The notes under the pieces were generated by a model. The model ran no database searches. It saw nothing but the letters and a program-made list of their open reading frames with translations, and was not told the origin of the DNA. This document shows positions 9,947 to 22,479 of a stretch of DNA of 64,000 nucleotides, piece after piece. Each line of letters begins with the position of its first letter. Position 1 is the first letter of the stretch. The translations under genes and the position numbers were made by a program. The stretch is from Lama guanicoe (lineage: Eukaryota): assembly GCA_013239625.1 (NCBI GenBank), contig MU056000.1, positions 806,001 to 870,000 on the forward strand, written 5' to 3'.

Positions 9947-12900
9947 CTGCAAGAGAGGAGGGCGCCCCCGTTAGCTGCCCTGCACGCAGCTGCCCCCACT
10001 GTCCCCTTGGCCCTCGGGGCAGCAGAGCCAGGAGGACCTCACACACACAGGCCCCGATTCCCGCGACCCTCCATGCGGTCTCTCCGGGCTCAGCTTTGAT
10101 GGCAGAATTCCCTGTGGCCGTGACGTCTGCCAACCTAAGTGTCCCCCCCCCGCTCTGGGACCCTCCTGGCATCCACGAGCAGTTTGTTCACGAGAATGGG
10201 TGCGTTTTAAAAAGGAAGCTCCTCCTTCTGTGGGACCCGAGTTATTTACCTGCGTCGTGAATAACACTTCTGCTGAGGTTTCCTTGTGTTAACTTTGTAG
10301 CCTCCGTAAAACTTACTTTAGTTAAACATTAAAAGAAAAATTGATAATACAGGTCGTGTCTAGAGTAGAAGTGAAGTCATGAAAAGAACCAGTTTCCCAA
10401 GAATGGGAACCACCCGGCGGCTGAGACGCGGAGGGGCAGTCGAGACGTGGGCGGCCTTGCACGGTGCAGCCCCTGGGTTTAAAGGGCTGGGGGTGGGGTG
10501 CTGTGAGGGGGCGGCTATCAACGCTTGACCTTGAGAAAGAACCAGAGGACCTGGCATCAGGAGGGAGGCTGCGTTTAAAGGCAAGACTAACGTCCACAAA
10601 TGCATGAAGACACCGGCTGAGCAGTCTTTGGGTCTCGCACTCCAGGCTCGAGCGCCCCCTGCCGCCCCTGCCCCTGCCAGCCTGGCAGGCGGATTACGGA
10701 CACTCTGACCAAGCGAGTGCCGAGGGCTGGGAATGGAGGGAGGGCGCACTGCGTCGCACCTTCCTGCGGGTAAACCCACAAGGGCTGGACGGGAGGAACG
10801 TGCCGAGACACCAGCAACGACCTCGCTTCCAAACCCCCTCCAGGTCAGAGGGTGCAGGCAGCTCCCCCCCAACCAGAGGGCGTCTTGTCCTCCCTGAGCC
10901 GTCACGCCCTTGAGTGACAAACAGGGGTGGCCACATGTCCTCGGGGAGCAGCGCCCCCCACCAGAGTGGGGCCCTTCCATCTGTCCCCTCCTAGAAGGGA
11001 CATCTGGGCCAGGCTGAGCAGGACCTGGAAGGAGGAGACAGGACAGGACAGCGGGGCTGCGGGTAGGGTGATGTGGTTCCTGAATCCAGACCCTCAGCCC
11101 AGCCTCCTCCCTTAGCCTGTGGGATGAGCATACCCACCCCCCGCCACCAGCAGGAGTTTTAACGGGAGTCACTGGGTGGCCAGGGCTCTGGACACCACGG
11201 TGTGTGGAAGGGCGATGCTGAGCGTCCGTATGCAGCACCGACCCCAAACTTCAGTTCCTTGGACCTGGGGTGCCCCAGCTTTGTGGCTAATGTGGTGCCA
11301 CGTGGTTTCTGCCCACTGGCCTGCGTCTGGTGCTATAAGCGTGACGCCGCCCACAGGGGTGCTTAATTCAGCTCAACACATCTTTGCCGCAGGAGGGGCC
11401 ACTGCTGTCAGGGCGGGCACCGCCCTGAAGTCAGATGGAGTCAGAGCTCAGCCGTTCTGCACAGCTTGTCAGAGTCCCTGACAAGCGGCTTTTCCCTGAG
11501 ATTAGACAGCACATCCACGACGGGAAACTCGCCAAGCGCCCCCAGCCCAAGGACTGGCTGGGCCGTCCCGCATTCTGGCGGTGCAGGTGGCCCTCGGCAC
11601 CTGAGGGGCCCACACCCCCGCCCCCACCAGTTTACACACGGGATGTGGCATCTGGGGGTCCTGGAGCCGCCGACAGGTCCCGGGGGACAGGGATGCCGGC
11701 AGCTCCTTGTCGCCGCGGCAGCGCCGCGTGCGGCCAGGTAACGAGGAAGCAGAGACTTCGAAGGCTTCCTTCCTTCCGTGGCTGCTAAGACGCCCCTGGG
11801 GCACTAAGGCCTGGTCGAGTGGGGACAGAAGGCAGAGCCTCGCAGGGAGCTCTCTGGGTATCCCACAGGGGCGAGATGACGCTGGGGCCCGCCCAGATGT
11901 GGGCCCTTCCCAGGCACATTTTTGGGTGGGGCTGAGGGCCAGGGAGGTGGCAGCCCACCCCCGTGTTTCCAGAGTCCTGCTGCGCTGTGAGGCAGGGTGC
12001 ACCTGGCGGGCCATCTGCCCTTCTCCACTGAACACGGTGCATCTCCATTAACAGAGTGTGGGGCGTCATAAGAGTTTCTTTAGAATACATATTTTAAAAT
12101 ATTTAATAGTTAATTTATTTGAGCATAAACTAAAAAAAAACATTACGTCTAACTTGTCAGGCCTGTGATTCTGTGATATGGTTTCTTTATCAAGAGGCTC
12201 ATCGGGAGTGACCCCGAGCACCCTGTCTCCCCAGGGGCAAGTGTATCCTGATTTCTGGCTGCTCTGCGTCCTGGTGTGTGGTTCAGGGAAGGGTGATGGA
12301 CTCCCCGGGGGCGGGAGCCCAAGGAGGGGGCATGTTCCCCTGGACACCTGGTGCCTAACACTCCACGGGGCGCGTGGGCAGACTGAGTTCCTTGCTGAGT
12401 TTGATTCATGTGTGTTGAGGTGAATGCGTGATTTTGCTCAGCACAGGCCCACGGGATGTGCCGAAGAGGGGATGGCGCGCATGAGGAGGTGGGGCTTCCT
12501 TTAGAACCTGTCACACCAGGGCAGAGGCAGCACCCCAACCCCCTGTAGCTGCGTGCTCCCCACGGGGGACACGGTCTAAGCGCCCCTCCCAGCACCGCAG
12601 TGGCCAAACGCAGAGGCAGCCCCCGCCTGGGAGACGAGAGGAGAAAGGGCAGACGTGGAGGGATGGAGGCAGTCGGGGGTGAGGGCCAAGGCTGCCGCAA
12701 CCTGAAACAAGCCAGGAGCTGTGTGAACAGACACTGAGGATGTTGCAACCGCATGCGTGCCGTCGTGGAAGTGATGGGAGGCATGTTACGAGATCAGGTG
12801 CACACAGCTAGGATCAGATGCCACACCCAGCTCGGCAGGATGGAATCAGAGCCTTAATGGCATTACACAGACAGACAGCAGAGTCAAGGGTGCTCCACCC

Positions 12901-13316
12901 CAGACCCTCCAGTCTGCGCAGGCCGGCGCTCTGACCGTGGCCCTGCTGCCTGAGATCGGGGATGCACACGGACGCGGCCCCTAGGGAGACCAATGACCGA
13001 CGGGGATGGGTGCAATTTGTAGGATTCAGTGGCAATTAACCACCTTCCAAATGTTGGACAAACAGAAATGTCCTTCAACAAAAGCAGGAGACAAAGTGTG
13101 CAGCCAAGCACACTCTGGCCTTTACTTGGCCCAGGCTGGCCGAGCACATCTTCCCGATGCTGCTGGTTGCTTTTACAGCAATGAGACGACAGTGGAGGAG
13201 GAAAGCTGCGGGCGGCTGGGCATGAACACTGAGCAATGAACACTCAGGGAGGCCGAGGGCATCGGGGCGTCCCGTGGACACCGCCAGCCAGCCGCGGGGG
13301 CCGGCCGTGTACTCAC

Positions 13317-13399
13317 TCTGCCATCACGCGCCGCACGTTGCTGGCGTACAGGGCGGGGTCCTTCCTCTCCTCCTCCGAGGGGCTGTACACGGGCAGGAA
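13317..13399 (-). CDS. LPCAT1: LPCAT1 exon 9 (FLPVYSPSEEERKDPALYASNVRRVMAE)
   Basis: Acceptor GCTCAG|TTC, donor AGA|GTGAGT; 83 nt. Confidence 0.96.
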
Positions 13400-14754
13400 C
13401 TGAGCACACAGAGGAGCGGCATTACCTGCGTGAGCACCATGAGCACCGCCCCACCGTCGCCCCGCAAGTGACGATCGCGAGGCCGACAAGTTAAGATCTG
13501 TCGGCACCTGCCCCTAGAATCCCCTTCAAAGCTGTCACTTCCCCTGACACAGAAGCCAGCGCAGCGTATCATAACTTCACACACAGGCTTAATCTTTGGA
13601 TGCAGAAGAATCACGCATGTGCTTCCGTTTCTAAAGGTCTCAGTTTCGTGTTGTGGATAACAGCAAATTGTTTCTAAATAAATGGCTGCTCATAGCTTGC
13701 TGACACCTGCCGCATTTGGAGAGCACAGAGAGTCACCTCGGGAGCATGTGCTGCATGACTGACGTGCACGCAGTGTGCTGCACTCCGTGCAGAAAAGGCG
13801 AAGGCCACCACCAAGCCCCTTTCCCTTAACGCAGACATTCATGAGCGCAGACCTGACCGACCTCCCACCCGTTCTCGTCCTGTAGTTACGGCCTTCCATG
13901 CACGGCTACATTTTTAGAACTATGTCAACTGCATCTGATAAGAGTGGCACAGGAAAGAATTCAGAGGGATTTACAAAGCCATACAGTTTCTTTTCAACCC
14001 TTGAAATTAGACACCAGGTCTGACACAGAGCGTCTCCCTCCCCACCGCTGCCTCCCAGCCGCCAGCCACAAGTCACATAAGAACACCCGCGTGGTGGGCC
14101 TGCCGCCCTTGGACTCGGGCCGCAGCCCTTTTGGCTCAGTCCTTTATAACTAAGTGGCTTATGTTCTACTGAAATGAAAAGCCTGGCTGAGGGCTGGGCC
14201 CCTTGATGAAGTCAGTGTTACTCTGTGGTGCCTGCTGGCAGGCAGCAATCAAACGCTCTACAGTTGTGTAAAACTCATGTTTCACTTTCAGGTGTAGGAG
14301 GAGCAAGTTAGTTCCCCTTTTAAGGAAATAAACGATTCCTTATCTACTCAGCGAAATTCACAGGCCGTGTGAATGGGACCATCCTCATCTGAGCAGGGAG
14401 CAGGGGTGTCGTGACTTTGGAGATGGGCTGAAAACTGGGAGGCAGTCTACCTGGTCTGATCAAGTATTAAACAGAGGGTGGAGGAATGATAAATTCAGCA
14501 GTATGATTTCAGCAGTGCTACTACGATCAGGGGGAGATACAAGCCAAAAGAATCCTTAATTGCATGTGTGTCAATTTCACATGCCCTTAAGCTATGCTAA
14601 CCATGATATAAGAATGAAGGTTTAACTTCCTGTTGATTTAAAAATCCTATCTGGATGGATAAAAAGTCACACAAGAGACACAAAGTGATTGATGCAAAAC
14701 CACTGGGAAGCACCTCTAAGAAGCCATGAGAAATGGAAAGGGTTCAAAGCAAGA

Positions 14755-14970
14755 GAGAGGACACAACATGGTGCCTGGGCAGAGACCAACACAGCATTGT
14801 GTCACATTACATCCAGGGGAACACCTGTGACATTGCATCTGCACAGACACCAGCATTAACACTGTGCAACATTGTATCTACAGAGACAAACAGAACATTG
14901 TAACCATGCAGATGACATTGGATCCACAGGTGCATTCCAGCAGAACCTTGTGTAACATTGTATCTTTACA
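14755..14970. repeat. Degenerate tandem repeat (acattgtatct...cagagacacc-like units) adjacent to the exon 8 donor
   Basis: Recurring acattgtgt / acattgcatct / acattgtatct / acattggatcc motifs at irregular spacing. Confidence 0.55.
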
Positions 14971-14973
14971 AAC

Positions 14974-15028
14974 CTCAATTTCCACTTGATTGTGAAACTG
15001 ACACAGCGTGAGCCACAGGATTTTCAAC
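14974..15028 (-). CDS. LPCAT1: LPCAT1 exon 8 (LKILWLTLCQFHNQVEIE)
   Basis: Acceptor TTTTTAAG|G, donor GAG|GTTTGT; 55 nt; translated manually. Confidence 0.95.
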
Positions 15029-15354
15029 CTTAAAAACAAACAGATTTACACCACTGGTTAAAAGATTCTCAGTTCCTTGTAGTCAAATTACTCTCAGCTT
15101 GGGAGCAGAATCTGCAGACCCCGTTCCCCTGCAGAGGGCACTACTGAGCAGGCAATGCTGCTTCAGAGGGGGAGGCTGAGCCTTCCTCAGCCTAAATCTG
15201 AACCTCAAAACACGGTAACGAGCTGAGCTGAGTGGCAAAGCCCCTTCTGTTAAACAGCCTGACTGATCTTATTAAATATGCTTGCACCTGCTTGAGTGAG
15301 CCCTGCAAGCCCCCCGCTTGGCCCCCAGCTCAGGAACCCTCATCCACCTGACAC

Positions 15355-15610
15355 TCGTCCCTCCCTGGCTGTCCCCCCTCCCTCCCTGGCTGTCCCCCTT
15401 CCCTCCCAGGCTGTCCCCCTTCCCTCCCTNNNNNNNNNNNNNNNNNNNNNNNNNNNNNNNNNNNNNNNNNNNNNNNNNNNNNNNNNNNNNNNNNNNNNNN
15501 NNNNNNNNNNNNNNNNNNNNNNNNNNNNNNNNNNNNCCCCCTTTCCCTGGCTGTCCCCTTCCCTGGCTGTACCCACCAGCTGCCCCCCACCCCCCGGCTG
15601 TCCCCAGGCA
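15355..15610. repeat. C-rich minisatellite (~21-bp unit CTTCCCTCCCTGGCTGTCCCC) spanning assembly gap N15430-15536
   Basis: Repeated ccctggctgtcccc units on both sides of the N run. Confidence 0.85.
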
Positions 15611-16170
15611 GCCCTAGTGCAGACCACACAGGCCCTACAGTGTACTTGTCACTTCCAGCCCCAAGCCCAGGCCACCAGCACCCAAAGGGCCTCCTCCCTA
15701 GGCCTTCTCCCAGTCCCCACTCTCTCCTCATCACCCTCCCTCCACCTCCTGCCTCCGTGGCAGCACCACTGCCTCTTGAACGTCAGCTCACACGTTGGCA
15801 CCTGGACCCCTGTGTGCCTCTTGCAGCCACGCAAGAGGTGGGTCCTGGGTTCCCCTGTCTTCTCTGGGGTCGAAATGTGATGGTGATCACTGAGCTGACA
15901 GACAGGCGGGAAGAGACGTGCTCAGTTACCTTCCCGCCAGGGCTGAAGACAATTAAGTTAAGTCCCGGAATCCAGGAGTGTGAGAAAGGCCAGCCTCGTG
16001 CTGCAAGAGCTGAATTAGCCTCACGGGGCTGAACCGAGCTGCGGTCCAGCAGCAGCGGGCCACGTGCTCCGCGTCCACATTTGCTACAGTGATCGGCACG
16101 GCAGTCACTCGAGCGGGCCTGCGTTTTCCCGCAGGACAGGACAAATAAGACAGCACGGGGTCTGACTTAC

Positions 16171-16205
16171 GCTCCAGGTCCTTGCCACGTCCACGTGATG
16201 GTGTC
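16171..16205 (-). CDS. LPCAT1: LPCAT1 exon 7 (DTITWTWQGPGA), 35-nt small exon
   Basis: Acceptor CCCCCAG|GAC, donor AGC|GTAAGT; translated manually (not shown in this frame in the ORF track). Confidence 0.95.
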
Positions 16206-17980
16206 CTGGGGGCAAGAAAGGTGCGGATGAATCTGGATTGGGAACCCCGCATGGCCGCGTCCCTCCTCCTCCTGCGGGCGAGCCTGCCTCGCCCGGCCCT
16301 CTACTCAGCCCACCTCGGACCCCAGGGATGCTGGTCTCCCTCATCGCTCATGTCCACTCTGGGGCAGGACAGAAGGCGCATCTCACTGCCCCCGGGTCCC
16401 CCCAGACATGCTCACCTCTCTTCCCACAGCTGCAAGGTCACCAGTTCCAGCGTCCACCTAAGACCCAGTCCCGACCCTTTTCCCACTGTCCCCCTCCTTC
16501 CGGTATGCGTGGCACCTTCAGGCTACGGCACGGGCGCCCGCTTTGTGTGCCTGACTCTCAGACGTGCTCTGCAGGCCTTGCCCTGCCCGTCACCACCCCC
16601 CAGCCTCACGACGCTGTTGGCAGCCTCCTTCCAACTCCACACCCACCTGTGCCCCCAAAGGTCCCCCTGCCCAGACTCTCAGTCAGAGACACTGGCAGGT
16701 CAGCCCCGGGCTCAGGAGGGGATGGAAAGAGCACTGCTGGGCCACATCTCCCCCACCACGTGTGTGTCCAGGGCCCCGTGGGGGCATTTCCGCAGCTCTC
16801 CATCCTCAGCCTGAGCCCTGCACCAGCCACCCAGGTGAGGACAGGGGTGACACGTGTTCCAATTCTCCCCTGACACCGGTCACGTCACCAGCCTGGGCTT
16901 CCTTTTCCTGTGGGCCTGACACCACCTGGACCCCTCCCACGGCCCCTGGCAACCCCCCTGACACAGGGCCTCCCGCAGTCCCCGGCCAGCTCCCCCCGCC
17001 CACTGTGCAGGTCTGGGCTCGAACCCCAAGCAGCAGAAAAACACACGACACAGACTGTGAGCACAGGCAGACATCCTGCTTGGGCACAACCGAGCCGAAC
17101 GCTCCAGAAGACCCAGTGCCGTGCTTCAGATAAGTCAAAACTTAAAGGGGGAATCTAGAATGCCACACACTGACGGCGGAGTCTCCCTCTCAGAAACTGG
17201 CTAACGAACACGCCTCTTCAGAGTCACAAGAACAGTCACATCTGCTGGTTCTGACTGGCCTCCATTTCCTGGCCGCTCTCCTGGGCCTGTCCACACCCAC
17301 GGGAACAGGATCAGGGCGCAAACCTTGGACCCGACAGGCTTGGTTGGGAAACGGGTGGCCGAAAGCCCCTCATGAGCACAGATGTCACAGGAATCCTGCC
17401 ACGTCTGCACCGGCAACTCCAGAGCCCCCGGGCCATGCCCCACGTTTCTCTGGCACCGTCAGAAAGACACAGTGGACAGAGGAGGCTCAGTGTGAACGAA
17501 TCCACCTTTCATCCTCTGCTGAGTGACAGTCGGCACACCTGCACCCAGGAGGGCCGGGGCACGAGCCTGGGACCCCTCAGCTCAGAGAGCCCCATGTCCA
17601 CTGAGGGCCCTGCTGAGGGGGTCACAGATGCACAGAGGAGGCTCATCCCAGCCCCCCGGCCCATGAGACCGGCAGGACCTCTGAGTCCCAGCGGCTGCCC
17701 CGGGCCTCCGGCCTTCGGGACTTAAAGATTCTCAATTTCAAAACATCCTGGCATGTGTGTTGGGCAGTGAGAGCGGCTGAGGGCACAGGAGTCTCACACC
17801 AGCACGTCCGGATCGAGACTAGCCACCACTTCCTGACCCACAGGAGTGGGACATTGTGAGCGAGTGCCAGGGGAGGTTCCGAACACCGGGGTTGAAGGAA
17901 ACGCGGTGCGCTGGGACGCCGCGCAGTTCTCATTCCCCGGGAATTTGCACGGACCCTTGTGCCCAGGAAAGCACACTTAC

Positions 17981-18039
17981 CAGTCTGTTTGGGTACCGCA
18001 GAACCACGGGCTGCACGGGGACGCCCGGGATGAACGCGC
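17981..18039 (-). CDS. LPCAT1: LPCAT1 exon 6 (GAFIPGVPVQPVVLRYPNRL)
   Basis: Acceptor CCCGCAG|GC, donor CTG|GTAAGT; 59 nt; motif IV (PVQPV). Confidence 0.95.
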
Positions 18040-18291
18040 CTGCGGGGCAAGGGACACCGTCTTACTTCTGGGCGACAGGTCCTCCGCCCACCTTCGCGCG
18101 CGGGTCTCAGAACAGAACAGGCCTCTCCGCCAGGCCCTCCCAGTCAGCGGCCGGCGGTGCCCGCACGCCGTGCCCGTGTGGACACTCAGAAAGCCAGGGC
18201 GGTGGCACACAGGCACGGGGGCGCCTCCAGGCCGAGGCGTGCTGGCAGGGTGAGGGGCTCAAGGAGAACAGGAAATAAGAAAACTTCATAC

Positions 18292-18352
18292 CAGGTTTGA
18301 AGGTGATCAGGCAGGTCCTGTTGGTACAGGTGCCTTCTGGGAAAATCATTAT
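18292..18352 (-). CDS. LPCAT1: LPCAT1 exon 5 (IMIFPEGTCTNRTCLITFKP)
   Basis: Acceptor TTTCAAG|ATA, donor CTG|GTATGA; 61 nt; motif III FPEGT. Confidence 0.96.
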
Positions 18353-19548
18353 CTTGAAATGGAATAAAAAGACCAGCGTTAGGGGTGGGTTCAGAGCTCA
18401 CAGCGCCTCTCTGACCCTCCGACCACACTCGGCTGAACAGGGCAGCGTGCCTGTGGAAGCGCTCACTGATCTCTCTGACGACCAGCTTTACTACCATCGG
18501 GAAGCAGCCCAGCTCGTGTCCCCGTAGACGGCGGGGCTGGCAAACAGGCGGCGGTCCTGCCCACCGCACGGCTGCTGCGAGGACTGGACACAGCTGCCCG
18601 GGGCAGGCACCCCACAAGCCCAGAGGGGGCAGGCGGGGAGCCCTGGCCGAGGATGGGGCCTTGGGCCGGGGCGCTGGGCCAGCAGCGCCAACGCCCACAG
18701 AACCAGCGGCTACGGCCGCCGTCCTCTCTGGGACTTCGGTTACTCTCTCGTGCTGCCTTCCAGTGACATAACATAAGCGAACTCTCCCCCGCGTGCTGGA
18801 AGGTCCAGCCGTGAGGCCGCTTTCACTCCTGGCCCTGGAGCCAGCACGGGTCCCACCAGGCCCGCCCGAGAGTCAGGCAGGTGAGCTGAGTGGAGGGCGG
18901 TCGACCCACACTCGGAGGGGCGGCCAGAGCACCTGGAAGCCACGGCCCCCGGGGCGGCCCATCCACGGGTGTGGGTGCCCCCAGCCAGGCCGTCGATGTC
19001 TTCTGAGCAGCCAGAACCCCACAGTTCTGTGGGATTTCCAGCTGCTCAGCGTCGGCTCAGCGGAAAGCAAACAAGAACTACAGCTCGCGTCAAATGCGAC
19101 CGGGGGGAGTGTGAGCAGAGGCCCCGCCTCGCAGCCCAGCTCAGCCTCCCCGATGTCCCGGGGAGGCAGACGTCTCAGGCGAGCCCAGCCGGGGCTTCAG
19201 CAGTGCGTGGACACACCCTGCAGACTCACTGACTATTCGGGCACGAGACTGTGCAGGGAGACGGGGCGGTCAGCTCTTTCCAACTCAGAACGGACAAAAA
19301 GATTCGTTTTTAATAAAGGTGGTTGGGACCTCGAGATGCCTGAGCACTGCTTTTCACTAGTTCTTTTGTTGCTAAAACTCCGGAGCCCAAGCACCTCCTT
19401 GGATTCGCCTCCTTGAAGGTAAAACGGAGCAAAAGAAACCCCGCCTCCGGGAGGGCAGGCCTGCCCTCACACGCCTTCTTTCTCCTCCAGTCTCTGAGTT
19501 CCCGTCTTTAAGAACAGATCTGCTCAAAACGTGAGCAGGGCTGCACAC

Positions 19549-19661
19549 CTGCGGCCACTTCCCACCGGACTGCGCCCGCCTCTTGATCTCTTCCACCGTC
19601 TTCCTGCGGGAATCCTGGTCTGATCGGGACACGAACACGGGCCGAATGTACTTTATCAGAG
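19549..19661 (-). CDS. LPCAT1: LPCAT1 exon 4 (LIKYIRPVFVSRSDQDSRRKTVEEIKRRAQSGGKWPQ)
   Basis: Acceptor TTGCAG|CT, donor CAG|GTGTGC; 113 nt; motif II (FVSR). Confidence 0.96.
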
Positions 19662-19986
19662 CTGCAAGAGAGGAAGGGGCACTCGGGTGGGGCAGCGGCC
19701 GACGGGGGGCCGCCCACGGCGACCAGGGAGATGTGAGGCTGCAGGCGCCCGACCACGAGGGAGTCGGGGAACCACCAAAGTCCCGTGGACTCAGACGATG
19801 CCAGGGAGCCTGACAACCCCCTGGGCCAGGAGTGACAGCTCCACAGATGACGCATCAGGAGAAAGAGAAGGACGAGGCTGACCCTCCAGGGAGCAGAGAG
19901 CCTTTGGTCACCTGTGTCACCGGGGAAGGCGAGAAAGGCCCAGAACCAGAAGGGCCTGGGGCATGAGGCTTGGACCCCGCCAGCCC

Positions 19987-20391
19987 CACTGTGGGTTGAG
20001 CTGTGTCCCTCAGGAAGACAGGCTGACGTCCTAGCCCAGGTGCCAGCTTCTGAAGATGCGGTCAAGTTAAGAGAAGGCTGTCCTGGACAGGGGTGGGCCT
20101 TCACCAGCGGCTGGCCCCAGAAGAAGGGAGACGAGACGGACACTGAGGGAGAGAGCCCATGTGACAACGAAGGCGAAGACGAGAGATGCGGCCACAACGG
20201 GGGATGCCCGGGACAGCTGGGGGCCAGCAAAGGCTTGGGGGGGCCCGGGATGGATTCTCCCTGGGAACTGACCTGCCCACACCTCGATTTTGGGCTCCTG
20301 GCCCCAGGGTGGTGAGACAGTGTACATTTCTTTCTAGGTTAAGCTGCCCGGGCTGCGGCGTCTGTCACGGTGGCCCCAGGACACTCACACA
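19987..20391 (+). mobile_element. MaLR (MLT1-type) solo LTR
   Basis: 5' ..tgggttgagctgtgtccc, internal gcccatgtgacaacgaaggc...ggattctccct...cacctcgattttgggctcctggcc, 3' ...gccccaggacactcacaca; near-TSD agccc/ggccc. Confidence 0.75.
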
Positions 20392-21944
20392 GGCCCCGTC
20401 CTAAGTGGGCGTGGCAGCCCAGGACCCCCTTGGCGAGGCCGGGGCGCCACCGCGCCGGTCCTCTCGGAGGACGGCTTGAAGGTGGGAAGGCACTTCCCGG
20501 AAGTGGAGACTCTGACCCGACAGTGAGCGGGCCCCGCCCACCTGCCCTGCCCCCGGCCCCGCCTTGCCGTGCCCAGGGCGTGCCTGGAGCTTCCTTCTGA
20601 GCACTTTCACCACTGGCAAGGAGCAGTACTTCATGACTGATTTCTTGGCGGTCTTCCAAAAAGTAAAGAGAAAACATTTTTTAAAAGAATAAAATTCCAT
20701 GAAGCTGGGGCCACGGGACTCACAAAATCGAAGGCACATGGACCTGAGTGACGTTTTTTTCTGACGTCTTAAAATACTTCGCTTGCTCACCGAATTGGAA
20801 CTGCTTCACCTTTCCTTGCCAACTATTCCTGACGCCGCTCAAAATGACGTGAGAAGGAAAGGGGGCTCGGGGGGAACAGCCCAGAGGGACAAGGGGACGG
20901 AGAAGTAAGTGGCCGGCCAACCATCTCAGGCTCCTCACTGTCTGGCCCGGAGCACGGCGTCCCCTCCTGGAGGGCGGGGGGGAAGGGGCCTGCAGACGTG
21001 GCCGGGGTGGGCTTTACCGGCCAGACCTGGAAGTCTCCCTTTTCTGTCTACATGGCAAAGACGGGAACACTGACGAAGAGGCTTTTTAAGCCTCTTGGAT
21101 GAACTGGAAGCTGAAGGCAGAGAAGCAGAAGGGCTCTCTGGGCTCAGGCCGATGGGGAGCCCAGACTGTGCGTCTCGGGTGGCACCACACCGGTCCCCAC
21201 CCTGGAGGACCGTGCACTCTGAGGACAGAAAGGAAACGCGGCCTCGGTCCCGCGAGCCCCGAGCCACGTTTGCAGCAAGAGCTCGGACCCCCGTTTTACT
21301 AAAAGGAAGCGTGGCAGGCGCTGCCATCAGGACCTGAGCACCAAACTCCAAGGGTTTGTAAATGCAGCGGGCTCTACAGAGAGGAACCAGATGATGGAAA
21401 AATGGAAAAAGTCACCGGTCTGATCACTCAACTGGCCTTTATAAATCTAACTGTGAATGCATTTTGAATATTTTCAACAATCACCTCTTCACCAAAGCTG
21501 TGAGCTTTCAAAAGGTCCAAAAGTGTCATGCTTTATGGACAAGAGGGACGGCAATCACGATGGCTGGGCCACTGGGGGCCGCTCTGCACTCGGCTCAGGG
21601 TCAAGTCAGGGGTCAGGACGGCAGCGAGGCTCCCAGAGCTCTGCCTGCCTCCTGCCCAGACAGCCCCGCCCCTGAATCCACCCCGTCATGCTCAGCGTGA
21701 CACACTGGTCACCCGACTTGGCTCAGACTAACAGGTGGAGAGGCCGGTGGGCGAGGACGTGGGCAGCACAGGCTGGGCCAGGCAGGGGGATTGGGGAGAC
21801 GGAGCCCCAGGGAGAAGAAGCGGGAACAGGTGGGCCGACCCCTGAAAGGCAGCCTGAGCAGTGCTTGCTCGGCCATGGCGCGGGGTGCAGGGCATGGGGC
21901 TTGGGAAGGCATCTTCCCTGAAGAGCGAGGGGCACACAGACGGC

Positions 21945-22225
21945 CGCAGTGTGGTGGACCTGGGGCGCCCAGAACCCGCGACGCGACCTCAGCTGGAAGA
22001 AAGGCTCTTTGCGGATGGAATTAATGAGGGTCCGGAGAAGGCGTCACCCTGGATAATCCCATGACAGGTGTCCTTGAAAGAGACACGGACACACACGGAG
22101 GAGAAGCCATGTGACGGTGAAGAGATGGAGAGGAGGCGGCCCTGAGCCCAGGACGCCTGGGGCCCCACGAGCCTCTGACGGGAGCGCAGTCCTGGCGCCC
22201 CCGGGTGGCAGCTACAACTAACGCA
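21945..22225 (+). mobile_element. MaLR (MLT1-type) LTR fragment
   Basis: ggctctttgcggatggaattaa...caccctggataatcccatgacaggtgtcctt...gagaagccatgtgacg motifs. Confidence 0.65.
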
Positions 22226-22479
22226 CTGGGACAGTTACTGAGCTGAGCCCGGCCTCTGGAACTTCTGTGTGATAAGGTAACGCGCTCGTATCAGAATCTG
22301 AAGAAGCATTTCAGCACATTACAGCCGAGGGCACTTGTGTGCTAGTAAGAAAGACCACAAGGGTATTACAGAAGTCACAACAGAGAACAGGGACGCAAGG
22401 CCAGGCGCCGACTTCACGTGGGCGGATGTGACCTGCGTGGGTGCGTGCTGTCCTGTGCTGTAACCTGCACTGGCCAGAA

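Noticed and set aside
15173-15193. Hairpin AGGCTGAG-ccttc-CTCAGCCT
   Set aside because: An 8-bp stem is too short for a pre-miRNA and is expected by chance.
14755-15610. Repeats considered as a CRISPR-like array
   Set aside because: Mammalian intron; units are degenerate tandem repeats without unique spacers, and there are no cas genes.
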